A stretch of 49,710 nt of DNA, filler included, from Catajapyx aquilonaris (taxonomy: Eukaryota), in the NCBI GenBank assembly GCA_000934665.2. It is 3 parts of 3 records of this genome, joined end to end, with 100 filler letters (N's around TTAATTAATTAA, not from the genome) between each part and the next. Parts side by side here need not be neighbours in the genome. Positions count along the whole stretch, not along the records: positions 1 to 16,522 come from JYFJ02007181.1; positions 16,623 to 33,115 come from JYFJ02007182.1; 1 more part is not named here. One strand, written 5' to 3'. The position numbers were made by a program, and so were the translations under genes. This document shows, piece by piece, positions 13,342 to 24,110 of the stretch. The notes under the pieces were generated by a model that was not told the origin of the DNA, ran no database searches, and worked only from the letters and a program-made list of their open reading frames with translations. Within the stretch, counting starts at the first letter, position 1. Every line of letters starts with the position of its first letter.

Positions 13342-13457
13342 TATTTGATACATTATATTAACTTATGTATTATTTGATACATTGTATTAACTTATGTATT
13401 ATTTGATACATTATATTAACTTATGTATTATTTGATACATTGTATTAACTTATGTAT
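13342..13457. repeat. 29-bp AT-rich tandem repeat x4
   Basis: TATTTGATACATT(A/G)TATTAACTTATGTAT four times, with A and G variants alternating. Confidence 0.95.
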
Positions 13458-13577
13458 TATTAGATATATTCATTTATTTAATTATTAATAGGCAATATTA
13501 TGAAATTTTGAATTATATTGAATTTCTTCTATTATTTTAAACTTAACTTAGCTTTTTTAACTTAGACTATCTATTAA

Positions 13578-13689
13578 GCTGGTCGTACGAGATGGCCAGG
13601 TGGATTTTTCCTGGTCATCGCTGGTAAACCCCATCTTGGGAATATGCCATGAGTGCGTAATGAATGAATGAATGAGTGAATGAATGAAT
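13578..13689 (+). mobile_element. Short retroposon 3-prime fragment with (TGAA)n tail
   Basis: GC-richer island in AT-rich DNA with stem-loop GATGGCCAGG...CCTGGTCATC and an (AATG)n tail at 13659-13689, as in L2-type 3-prime ends. Confidence 0.5.
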
Positions 13690-14590
13690 TTTATACATGC
13701 TATTATTTTATTACAAATATATTATATCAATATGTATTTTACTTGTATTAATAATATTATTTATTATTCATGTTATTGCTTATTATACTGTATATTCCCT
13801 TATATTATTATCTAATAGAGTAAATAGACTATATTATTTTAATTATTTTAACTATATTTAATTTAATTTATGATTTGCTCAAATTTAAAATTGTACAAAT
13901 TATGTAATTCGCGTTTTGGAACACCCTGTATCCTCCCTGAAGACGCTGCTTCCCTTACTGCCTGATTAGTCGCATTCCAGAGCTTTGACACAGCCGATTA
14001 ACCGTCATTTTAATCCCGAAACCGTCAACGAAGCGACAACAATGGATTTCCCCCGGTTTGTTCCGCGCCTCTCCCCCACTCCCTCCCTCCGCCACGGCCT
14101 GCAAGCGCAACAATGTTTGTACGCTTGCTCACTGCTGCAGAGTAATTAATTACGTACACAGGTTTTAAAAACAACAGATTGTCAAATCCAGCGTACTACA
14201 TTCTCTTTCAATCATGCACGGACGACCAGCACTAAATATTAATCCACTAATGTTCTGTGTCATCATCAGAGAGTTGTACGGTTATATCAGTTGTCAGGCT
14301 GTTTAATTATTTACGCCATGTGTCAGGTTTCAGAGGACCGAAAACCTCTCACAGCAACACACACCGACACACTGCTCTCCCTCCCTCCCTCCCTCTCTCA
14401 TCATGACGCTCGCTTCTCTCTCACAGTCTCTCTACTGTTGTGCGAATATCCGAGGGTTTATTGCAAATCGGAGTATGCCAAAAAAATCGCACTGTTGAGC
14501 CTGTTATTGTTAGACAGTTATGTGCTTCATGGGGGACACTTATGGGCAATACTGTGCACAGTGAACGATTTAGATTTATCTGACGTTATA

Positions 14591-14773
14591 CAGGGTGACT
14601 CTAAAGTCAGGGTACATATAGGTAATTGTCGGTTTCCAGTTGTGCCAACTCCAAGTGCCAACCTTACCAACTCAAACTTTACTGAATGACAACAATCTGC
14701 TAGTTGGCACAACTGGAAGCCAACAATGCAATCAGATTACATAATTATGTATCCTGACTTTAGAGCCACCCTG
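14591..14773. mobile_element. Tc1/mariner-type MITE with TA target duplication
   Basis: TA-CAGGGTGACTCTAAAGTCAGGGTACATA ... TATGTATCCTGACTTTAGAGCCACCCTG-TA, plus inner inverted pair TTCCAGTTGTGCCAACT / AGTTGGCACAACTGGAA. Confidence 0.9.
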
Positions 14774-14968
14774 TATATTAATCATATGTAGAATTGGCTC
14801 GGCCGCACTCTGTCCCTACAGGACCTAGGTGTATTTAGTAGCCATAGTTATGCCGTGGACTGGGCGTTGTGTGCAGCCTATACTGCAACTGGTAGTGGCA
14901 TATCGTACTACGTCCAAGTTGGGGCCGGGCCGGGTGCACCACTAGTCTGTATTAAAGAGCCTCTAGGG

Positions 14969-15185
14969 TCTAGGAAGAGAGTCGCCAACTTCTGACGTCA
15001 CGATCGACCCCGATTGGCTGGAGCCAGACATGCCTGTCTGGCTCCAGCCAATCGGAGTAGACCGTGACGTCAGAACTGGCCACTTTTCCTCTAACAACGC
15101 AAGATGGCAGCCTCCATAGGACAGGTACATAATTATTACTCCAGCCAATGACGTGACGTCAGAAGTTGATGACTCGCTTCCTAGA
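14969..15185. mobile_element. MITE with ~34-bp TIRs and an internal palindrome
   Basis: TCTAGGAAGAGAGTCGCCAACTTCTGACGTCACG is inverted at 15152-15185; perfect 21-bp stem at 15010-15030 / 15035-15055. Confidence 0.8.
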
Positions 15186-15919
15186 GCCTCTCTATAGTCT
15201 GCATATAAGGCATTGTTTGTTTGTTTCTCCACTGGGTGCTTGTTTCAACATTTTTAAAAAAATCAAATGAGAATCACCAGTACAATCATTAAAAATCGGA
15301 TTTTCCTCCCTGGCCCCTCTCACTATCCCTCGACCAAAAATCCAAGCCCACCATCTTGGGGGAGGAACTTTCAGTTCTGCTCAAGTCCTCCTCCTCCTCC
15401 TCCTGACAGTCCTGGAGAAGAAGGCCTTCTATGTCTTGGCCTGGCTCCAGAATCGACAGCCAAAAGAATTAAAGGGTATGCCGAGGGGGGCCTCCGGGGT
15501 TGGGCTTGGGACCAACTCCGTTACAACTGAGAGAAGCTCGAGTCCATCGGAAACTGAGAGAAAAGCGGTCGGCTCCATTCCATAGACAAAGTGGGGAGGG
15601 AGAGAAGGGATAGAGACCCAGAGAGAGGAAAGGATGTCATACAAGGCTTTCCTCAAGACTTTAGCTTGTCTCTGCCCTCCCTTGGAAGCCCTCGAGGTCG
15701 ATTTTCAGACCATGGCGATAATATCGGGAGAGGCCTTATCTACATCGTGTAACCGGGATGCGTGGGGAGGGGGAAAAAAGGGGGAATCAAGTCTCGGAGA
15801 GTGGGAGTTGGCCAGTCTCGTGGGGAAAAGGACATTGGGATGCTGGGAGGATGCCTCTGCTTCCCATCTCTCTCGATGTAGGGTTTGCTCATGCTCCTAG
15901 CGTTTTTTTTTCATTCAAA

Positions 15920-16420
15920 GAAAATAAAATTTCGACGGTTTCAGCGCGGGTGAAAAATTTAGGTCAAGCTACAAAAAATAATATTCATCTCTAAATGATA
16001 TCAACAAAATTACACACTGTAATGTAATATTAATGCTGCTAATTTTTTCATTTATTTTTAAAAATTGTGTCACTCTTCGCGTAATATTTATCGTAATAGA
16101 AAATAAGATTTGACCAGTTTTAGCGCGGATGGAAATTCTGGCATATCTTAAAAATCCCCTTCTAAATGACATGAAGAAATTTGGAAACTGTAATTAACTA
16201 TCTAATTTGTTCATTTCTATTTAAAAATTGCGTCCCTCTTGGCGTAATATTTAGCGCAATAGAAAATACAAATTGGCCAATGTTAGCGTGGATAAAAATT
16301 CAGGTCAAGTTACACAAATTTCATTTATAAATGCTGGATCAACAAAATTGCAAACTGCAATATTATTGCTTGTAATTTTAAAATTTTTAAACAAGATGTA
16401 AATTAGACCAGTTTTAGAGT
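15920..16420. repeat. Degenerate tandem repeat, about 3 units of ~165-180 bp
   Basis: GAAAATA...TTAGCG(C/T)GGAT and TTTAAAAATTG.GTC.CTCTT.GCGTAATATTTA recur; units start near 15920, 16099 and 16262. Confidence 0.75.
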
Positions 16421-16522
16421 CGAGTATAGTCCGGGTGCTAAGGGGTTGAACTTTGCATTTTGTGACAAAAGTATGAAACTCGGTACACTTGTCCTTTGGA
16501 CACTTCTGATCATATCTGGACG

Positions 16523-16622
16523 NNNNNNNNNNNNNNNNNNNNNNNNNNNNNNNNNNNNNNNNNNNNTTAATTAATTAANNNNNNNNNNNNNNNNNNNNNN
16601 NNNNNNNNNNNNNNNNNNNNNN
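16523..16622. other. Synthetic assembly gap or contig spacer
   Basis: N44-TTAATTAATTAA-N44, a six-frame stop linker identical to the one at 33116. Confidence 0.97.
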
Positions 16623-16833
16623 CGGCGATGCCAGATCCTGATTCTTCGCTGTTACGGGGGTGGTGGTGGCTGGGGGGGACAGAACAGTAGTTGGCCGGCT
16701 GCCAATTCACTCGCGGACTATTGGTCCAGCGCGTACAATTGGCTCACGACAGATATATTTTGTACAGTTTTCAAGACCTAAATGCTTACCTTTTTCGTTT
16801 GTTAGACACAAAAAAACCCGTACTTTAATGATG

Positions 16834-17000
16834 TGGGGGACTGCACACGACCCACAATTTGAGCCATTGCACATGTCCCCCTCATAAATCCATATCCTGA
16901 CCCCTGCACAGGAGAAAAAAAATGAATGCGGAAAAAATTTCGCAAGAAAAATGGTGGTAATGCACCCGCCTAAAAGGATGCTGTTCCCTCAATAAAAATA
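16834..17000 (+). mobile_element. SINE 3-prime fragment
   Basis: GGGGACTGCACACGACCC...CATTGCAC...TGCACAGGAGA...AAAAATGGTGGTAAT matches the 3-prime halves of the SINEs at 30638, 43024 and 46763. Confidence 0.65.
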
Positions 17001-17336
17001 ATCTATATATTATATAGATTTTCATACTTGAAAAAGGACATCTGATATAAAAATATCCTACAATAACACTTTATTGAATCATATACACTACAATCATGTA
17101 CCGTATGTTACGCTCTCTAAAATATGTGACAAGGATATGTGTGTCGCAAAATGTATACTTTGGGAGAAAATATTAGGATGACATTTTATGCATGTACGAG
17201 TAGGGCCTACGTATGAAGAGAGGTTTGAGGATGGCAGTTTAAAAATGACAAATTACGTGAACGAAAATAAAGGACAATCAACAAAAATTAATTCATATTT
17301 TTCAAAGCAAGAGGCACTTCACAGTATTCAAGTATT

Positions 17337-19294
17337 TCACAAAAGCAGGTGAAGTACAGATGTACAACTCAAGGCTACATGTCCCAATATAATCTCAGTG
17401 ATGAAAATAATGGTTCCCAAACACCAGCTGAAGATGAACAGAAAATACATCGCCCCACGCATTTGTTCAAAATTTAAAGCTATTGAATGCACATACAATA
17501 TGTCCTTGTTTCTTGCGTCTCGAATGCCAATAATGAAGCACGTTTCGAATAAGTACTGGTCGTATTTGGCCATAAGACCGGACTCGATGTAGGACAAAAC
17601 AAACCGGTTGAGGATCGGACCCAGTAAACTGTGCTTGTCAGTAACCAAACCTGAGAAAATTAAAATTCCTGCCTCCTTTGATACAACTATGGGAATAATT
17701 CCAGCTTTGTCTACAAATTGGACTCCTATGCCTATCAAAATGTCACTAGCAGATATGCAGGCGTAATTGGTCTCTATTGATTTACGAATACAAGTGTTCA
17801 AGTCTCTTTCCTCTATCATACGGGCTGAAATGGGTTTGAAATATTCCAAATCATTATTCAAAGAAATATTTGCATAGTAAGGTTTTGCTGCTTCCAAAGT
17901 CCCCCATTCCCAGTCATCACTCCTTTGGCTGAGGTCCTGATATGTCTTGGGCAAATCTTCCTGCAGTGGGGATGCTAGGAACCCAAAATATCTGGCTTCG
18001 TATCCACAAATTAAAACCAAGGAACCAATCCACCAGAAGGAGATGAACACTCGGGGAGCGTCGCCTTCGGGTACACTGTTGGGATTTTCCTCAATCAGGG
18101 TGGAAAATGTGTATCTCAAGGAATAAAGGAGGAAGGATGGTGGAGCTTTACCTGTTGGAAAAGGGCTGTAGTATTGCTTCTGTATTATTAACATACCGGA
18201 AAGGACGAAACCGCCTGTTACACATGCCGCAAATATTAAAACCCACATGTCCCATGTGTATGGCATAAGGACTGCATTCCAAGTGTAACTCGGTCTGGAA
18301 GTTCTCGTCGTAAATGCCATTTGGGCAATATAAGAGGGGAATATGACTTGAACAACTCCGTACATTGCATCGGTGAATATTGTATAACCAAAATCTGTCT
18401 TTCTTTGTAAAATTTTACCCACTTGACCGGTGTAATTTCCATCAGGCAAACGTGAGTCTGGAAGTTCTCCCTCGGCTATAATTCAACGCCTTCCAGGGTC
18501 CAATCAAAATTAAAAGCGTCACTCGCTATGAGAATACACATCAGAGTGCCAAACATTGGGACGGAATTGTCAAGCATGAATTGCAACTCTGTTTTAGATA
18601 AATCAAAGCCAAATGTTCCATTAATTACCTTACCATGTATATTGGTGGAATAATCTGGAAACAACTCTGGTATTTGACTACCCCATTTGCTCACATATTG
18701 ACCGACATGCACCACTTTTGGGTTACCACGATCGCAATAGTGACAGTTCGCCATCACCTTGAGCGAGCTGGAGTCCTGGTCGAACTGGATCCCGACCTGA
18801 AAGAGCATGAGTTGGGCGATGGGATGCATCAAGACTGTGTCCAGACCTCCGTCCCTGGGCCAGAAGAGGAACCTGTCCCTTCCGGTGTCCATGAGGTGAA
18901 GAGTGGCCGCGTGGACCACCAGAGGAGACAAGGTGTCCAGTGTCCCGAAGGCGAAGAGGAAGGTGGCGCAGGGGTCCAGTCTCCTGGCCTCCGGTCTGTG
19001 CAGCCAGGAGAACCAGTACTGTCCACTGGCGTCCACTGGTGTCCCGTCCCACCTCACCACCGCCACTTCCTCCGATCCATTGTTGATCAGCCGGTTAAAC
19101 GAAGAGGGGAACACCAACCAGTCGCCGCACAACACCAGGAGACACTCGGGTCTCGAACCACGGACATCTTCCACCAGGGAGGTCACCAGCTCTTCCTCTT
19201 CCGACCAGAATGAAGAAGATGTAACGTGGACTTGACCAGATGTAAGGGAAGCCACTGCACAGAGAGCAACAACTACTACACGCTTCGCCTCCAC
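17337..19294 (-). pseudogene. Divergent ionotropic receptor (IR) paralog 1, intronless, disrupted (GTG start and +2 frameshift near 18477)
   Basis: ORFs 18476-19294 and 17337-18449 are collinear with the intact paralog at 24111. GAA TTA [TA] GCC GAG GGA shows a TA insertion relative to paralogs; the start is GTG GAG GCG where the paralog has ATG GAA GCA. Repaired length is 651 aa. Confidence 0.85.
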
Positions 19295-19299
19295 GATAG

Positions 19300-19362
19300 A
19301 ACTGAACTATTCCGATCGATTCCTTCCTTTTATATGAGAATATAGACTCCAGATTTGGCGAT
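19300..19362 (-). promoter_or_regulatory. Core promoter of IR paralog 1 (TATA and Inr)
   Basis: TATAAAAG at 19334-19327, 31 nt upstream of the A of TCAGTT (19305-19300); ATCGCCAAATC at 19362-19352 is shared with paralog 2. Confidence 0.75.
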
Positions 19363-19767
19363 TGACTTATTTGATAGAATACGTAGAATGGATCGCTGCA
19401 GATATCGCATATTTTTCAATAACCAAAGCCTGCATCTAAATAGGTAAAAAAATTCTTCTTGAATCACGCTCCTATATAATCTCTCGTAATTATTATTAGC
19501 AGTATTTAGCAGACCTTTCGCTCGCAAAATATTATATGAGGATGTCAGGAGTGCTGGTAATTTGACCATCATATCAGAAAATTGCGACTTATGACGGCGT
19601 TATTACCACTATTTCTCGTCATGAAGACAAGCAAATTGTTTTTCTTATCTATATTTTATATTCTTAACAATATAATATTATCCTTTCCGTGGTCGTTTTA
19701 GTAATTTACTTGCCATAATATGATGTGCTCTATATTAGAGTGGGTTTCTTTCCTATAACTGTGTCAA

Positions 19768-19827
19768 GTAAGGTTGTGACAGGATTGTGACAAGGTATAC
19801 CTTGTCACAATCCTGTCACAACCTTAC
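19768..19827. repeat. Perfect 60-bp palindrome with no loop
   Basis: GTAAGGTTGTGACAGGATTGTGACAAGGTA|TACCTTGTCACAATCCTGTCACAACCTTAC. Confidence 0.95.
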
Positions 19828-21909
19828 ATTGCACTGGAATAGGTCTCTTTATATAGTAAATTATGCGTCCAAGGTATAATTACATGTATTGTATACACAT
19901 GTATGAGGAATCTTTTGGCCAAGTGGTGAGCCATAAATTGTCATAGCCTACTTATAAAAATAGACCATCAACTGCCCTCCTTCATGGGTTCTTGCTCATC
20001 CTTTATTATAATTCCATTGCGCACATATATATATGTCCTTATTCAAATGCATATTAAGCAGATTATCTCCATAATCACGAGTTACTTAAGCACAAACGTT
20101 TTCGTATGAAAGCGTTTTATTTACCGACAATATTTTATTAATACACTACTTTTACAATATTATGCCACCTTTGTTCGATGCTGAGGTCGCTAATGACTAA
20201 TGAGTCCTTACTCTCGCAGACATAAGCTGCAAAACAATCCATTTGCCATGGTGTATCATACAACACGTGAAATCAATAGGACAATCGATGTGTAATGTTC
20301 CTGTGGCGGGTTGCATGTTTCATGTCCAGAGCGACTGTTTTCCATTTACTGTCTTCCGTTGATGGGAGGATCGGCCATTAGGAGGACATGGGAGTAAAGT
20401 TCTCGCTAACTATAACAACCTCTTCGGGAGTAATTGACGCCGTCGTAAAATTTTAAGTCATGTCGTAACAAGCACCAAAAAATTCGAAAAAATGAGGTGC
20501 TCCGGACCACTGTATAGCCGATTTTTATATTTAACTGTTACCATTTACTAAAACCAAGCTCATCATTTTCTTCGACTTGGGAAAGTTCGACTTATAGAAG
20601 TTTTACTAGCAAAGGAAGACGAACACTTGTCCCGTCCATTCTATATAGCAATGGTTGGAGGGTTGAGGTGAAGATGGCAGCACCTCCAAGCTAATGGCAG
20701 TAATGGCAATCAAAGGTTCAAAGAACCTGTTAATATCTCGGGAGAAATCAATTATTTGACTTTTTTTTGCGTTGCCTGCAAAATTAATGCTGCAGTTACT
20801 CTCTACTCTCTAAGGAAGAGACGCTTTGAACACTGTCACAATAAAGGCTCATTGCCTCCTTTTTGGTCGCAATTAACTAACTAACCAGTTTATTTACTGT
20901 AGTTAGGTAGTTAGTTGCTGCCGAAAGGAATTGAATAATTAACTACTTACCTAACTAACTAATCTTCCTCCGGCCTATCTGATCCAATATTGAACTTATT
21001 ATTTTAAAATTACTAAGTGAAAATTCAAATCAAAGCAAATCAAATCAAAATATGTGAATATGAATTTCTCTCCAAAACATTTATGATGTGACCCAGCTGG
21101 TTTTCATACCTGGAAAACTATCACAACTTTGAGCATGCATGAATTAACTTTAACATTTTCCTTCAACGGAAATGGTAGACACTTTGGTGTAATATTCCAT
21201 CTCTTCCATTAAAAATATTTCGTATTTATGAACAAATTCTGATTTTAATAAATGCACAAACCATTGCTTACAACGCAAGATACGGAACTGGTATTGTACT
21301 TCGCAGGCCGGGGTGGAGGTTAGGAGGGGGCCAAGCGGTCCTTGACGTCCTCAGGGGGTGGGTATGGACTGGTTTTGGGTTCCGCCTTCCGGGTGCCCAC
21401 GTGTCGGAGGAAGATGGCTCAAGTTCTAACTGGAATTTCGGTCGAAATCCAAGAAAAAGGGAAGGCCATAGTCGCCCCCATTTTGAAATGTTCGTAACCC
21501 ACAATTATTTTGGGCCCATGTAAACAGAGGTTCCTATTGGCTCAGACGAGCCTCAAATTGGCCGAGGGTCGGTGTCTGATTGGCCGTGTTGTAAACAGAC
21601 ACTCCCTTTGGGTCTCGTCCAGTCCCGTATATCTATATAAGTAGGCGTGGCTGTGAAAATATAAAAGGCAAAGTTTGTCGCGGTTTGTTCTATTTCCTTT
21701 CCTCCCTACCACCACATCACTCAACCATAGCAACGGGGGGGTTACCATGACAACGGGTCTCCATTGCCACGGGCTACATTGCAACGGGTACCCGTCAGAT
21801 GGCCCCACCTGCCACGTGTTGTGGCCTGGATTCCAACCGGTGGCGCCACAAAGTCCGAAGGTGATGCTCCCGAGTGTTCATCTCCTTCTGGTGGATCGGT
21901 TCATTGGTG

Positions 21910-22351
21910 TTAATACCCTTCATACACCCTCAATGTGTTTATTCTCACAGCGCCAGCCTGTAAATGTTATTTTAACCCATTTCACCCCTAGCTATTAATA
22001 ACTGATGATATGAGATCTAATCACACCCTATTGCATAATATATTTTTGTTTTTAAAATTCTGTCATTCCAGTGAGTATTTAAGGAGGTGCCAATGGATCG
22101 TCAATCCTTTCACCATGAGACACACTGTACAAAAACAACCACTTTTTTCCATGGAGTAGGCCTACGTAGTACACTTGGTCAAATCAATAAGACAATCGAT
22201 GCGTAATGCCTTTGAGGGAGCTTGCATGTGAGCATGTAAATTGGTCTCCACTTGCCATTTCATTCACGGAAAGAGGTAGCCTACATGGCTATTATTTCAT
22301 GCATGCCAAATACTTGGCAATACAGTTTTCAAGGCGTGAATATGTAGGTAC
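21910..22351 (+). repeat. Local direct duplication, copy A (partner 26174-26587; partial third copy ~20225-20345)
   Basis: Collinear match from TTAATACCCTTCATACA to ATGTAGGTAC with scattered substitutions and indels. Confidence 0.9.
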
Positions 22352-22599
22352 ACACGCGTATACTCTACACACCCATACATACGGCATTAATTCCCATTAT
22401 AGGGGGGTAGCCAGTGGTGTCCCGTGTATTACCTGACCACCTCGTTAAGACCGACATAATGACACCTCTGCCCTCTGGTGACTGGTCGGGCCACGCTGAG
22501 TGTTAATGATGGTGACGAAGATGATAACAATGACATGATCACAATCATATACACACAATCATTCAGTGCAATAATCATACTACCGTAAACTTCTATATA

Positions 22600-22747
22600 C
22601 AAGGGGGTAATCACTCGACTGAAAAGTGTACACTGGAGTACCAAATTCAAGGAGTACCACGGCGTAATAAAGAGTGAGGTGCCTGAGGAGTACCAGGGAG
22701 TACCACTCCCAGGTGTACACCGGAGTACCGAAGTGATTACCCCCTTG
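22600..22747. mobile_element. hAT-type MITE (CAAGGGGGTAATCACT TIR)
   Basis: Perfect 16-bp TIRs; flanks CTTCTATA(TA) and CTTCTATA; same family as 29322-29406. Confidence 0.85.
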
Positions 22748-22793
22748 CTTCTATAAGTCGAATCTCCATGTGACCGGGAAAAAACTTCGAGTA

Positions 22794-22952
22794 AAGGCCG
22801 AAACACAAAAAGATTTTGCGGCAGCGTCAAGCGGCAAACGCGTGCCCCGCCAATTATTCAGTATTATTATTATTGGCAATAATATGCCCCGCGACAAATA
22901 TGCCGCAACGCGCGCCGTTTGCCGCGCTATTTTTTTGTGTGTTTCCGGCCTT
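22794..22952. mobile_element. MITE with AAGGCCG(G)AAACACA termini
   Basis: TA-AAGGCCGAAACACA ... TGTGTTTCCGGCCTT-TA, with inner GCGGCAAACG / CGTTTGCCGC. Confidence 0.7.
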
Positions 22953-24042
22953 TATAGTGTTTATAGTAGATTCGAGTTAGAGAAGTTTGGAATTATTTAA
23001 GCACCTAACTCTATAAGGAAGCCTACCTTTATATCCAGCGACGAAAGGTGTTCAAAACTTTAAAAAAAACTGTCACTATCACACGAAAACTATGTTCCTC
23101 GTTGTTTTGTTGTAAAAAAAATCTCCGTTATGGACATTTGCCTACTTCTTAGATTCAAGGATTCAATTGTCACAATCGAGTCAAACGCTTCTTTCGGTAA
23201 GTCTGGTATAGACGGAGATCAGGAAATTGAGCATTTCTGTACATGTGACCTACTCTCGACCCTTCGGCTGGGAAATGAGAAAATGTTCCGTACTCGCCAA
23301 TATGAACTTCGACTTATTTAGGGAGACTGAAAATGCATTGATATCCCATATCGTAAGGCCCTGCCTGCACTTCGAATTATGAGGAACTTCGATTTATAGA
23401 AATTCGAATTAGGGAAGTTTATTTCCTATTATTTTACATTGTGACCAACCAAGCTCATCATTTTATCCGACTTAGAGATTTTCGACTTATAGAAGTGTTA
23501 CTGTATAGCAGAACCGTCCAGCGAGGTATATTCATAAGAGACTTCTCAGGGAATGGTAACGGTTTACCTTAGGGGTGATAAGGGGGTGTTGACTCTCCTT
23601 CCAGAAGTAAATATATAGGTCAATGGCACGCATAATAAGAGATAAAATAATGGTAACAGTAGGACATTCGGATGGCGCGTAAATATGGGTTACGAGACAG
23701 GAAAGTACACAATACGTCAAATATTATCAAAAAGTAATCATTTTTTTTGTGGAAAAACTAAGCCATTTTATGTCACTCAAAAAATAAGTATAGGCCTAAT
23801 ATACCACTGATGCTCAGAGTAATGTCAAAGAAATTGTTGTTCAATTTACCGGAATATATTACAAGTTTTATCATTTAATATTCTGATGGAAAAAAATTTA
23901 GCGAAAGAATTTGATTGACAACGGAAGGGAAAGGTTACACGTATGCCACCAGGGATATGATCATCATTGTAATGCAATGGTGTGATGCTGTCAAGGCAAC
24001 TCTTGGCATATCCCATGGTGAGGTAGATTCTTGAGCAATGTG

Positions 24043-24105
24043 ATCGCCAAATCGGGATTTGGCGTCCATATAAAAGCAAATAATAATCGATGGCCTGGTT
24101 CAGTT
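24043..24105 (+). promoter_or_regulatory. Core promoter of IR paralog 2 (TATA and Inr)
   Basis: TATAAAAG 24069-24076, TCAGTT 24100-24105, ATG 9 nt after the Inr A; same layout as paralog 1. Confidence 0.75.
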
Positions 24106-24110
24106 GCAAC

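Larger units (their letters stand above)
22583..23503. mobile_element. pogo/Tigger-like MITE hosting two nested MITEs
   Basis: Left end TACCGTAAACTTCTATA...AGTCGAA (split by an insertion); right end TTCGACTTATAGAAGTGTTACTG-TA; subterminal TTCGA(C/A/T)TTA repeats. Confidence 0.65.

Noticed and set aside
16567..16578. TTAATTAATTAA palindrome inside N runs (also 33160-33171)
   Set aside because: Artificial six-frame stop linker, not biology
18635..19235. Overlapping antisense and alternate-frame ORFs in the IR 5-prime block (also 24176-24698)
   Set aside because: Expected by-product of high GC; duplicated only because the DNA block is duplicated
24090..24110. ORF-track start for IR2 at 24090
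   Set aside because: Lies upstream of the Inr; 24111 aligns with the paralog start and has CAAC context
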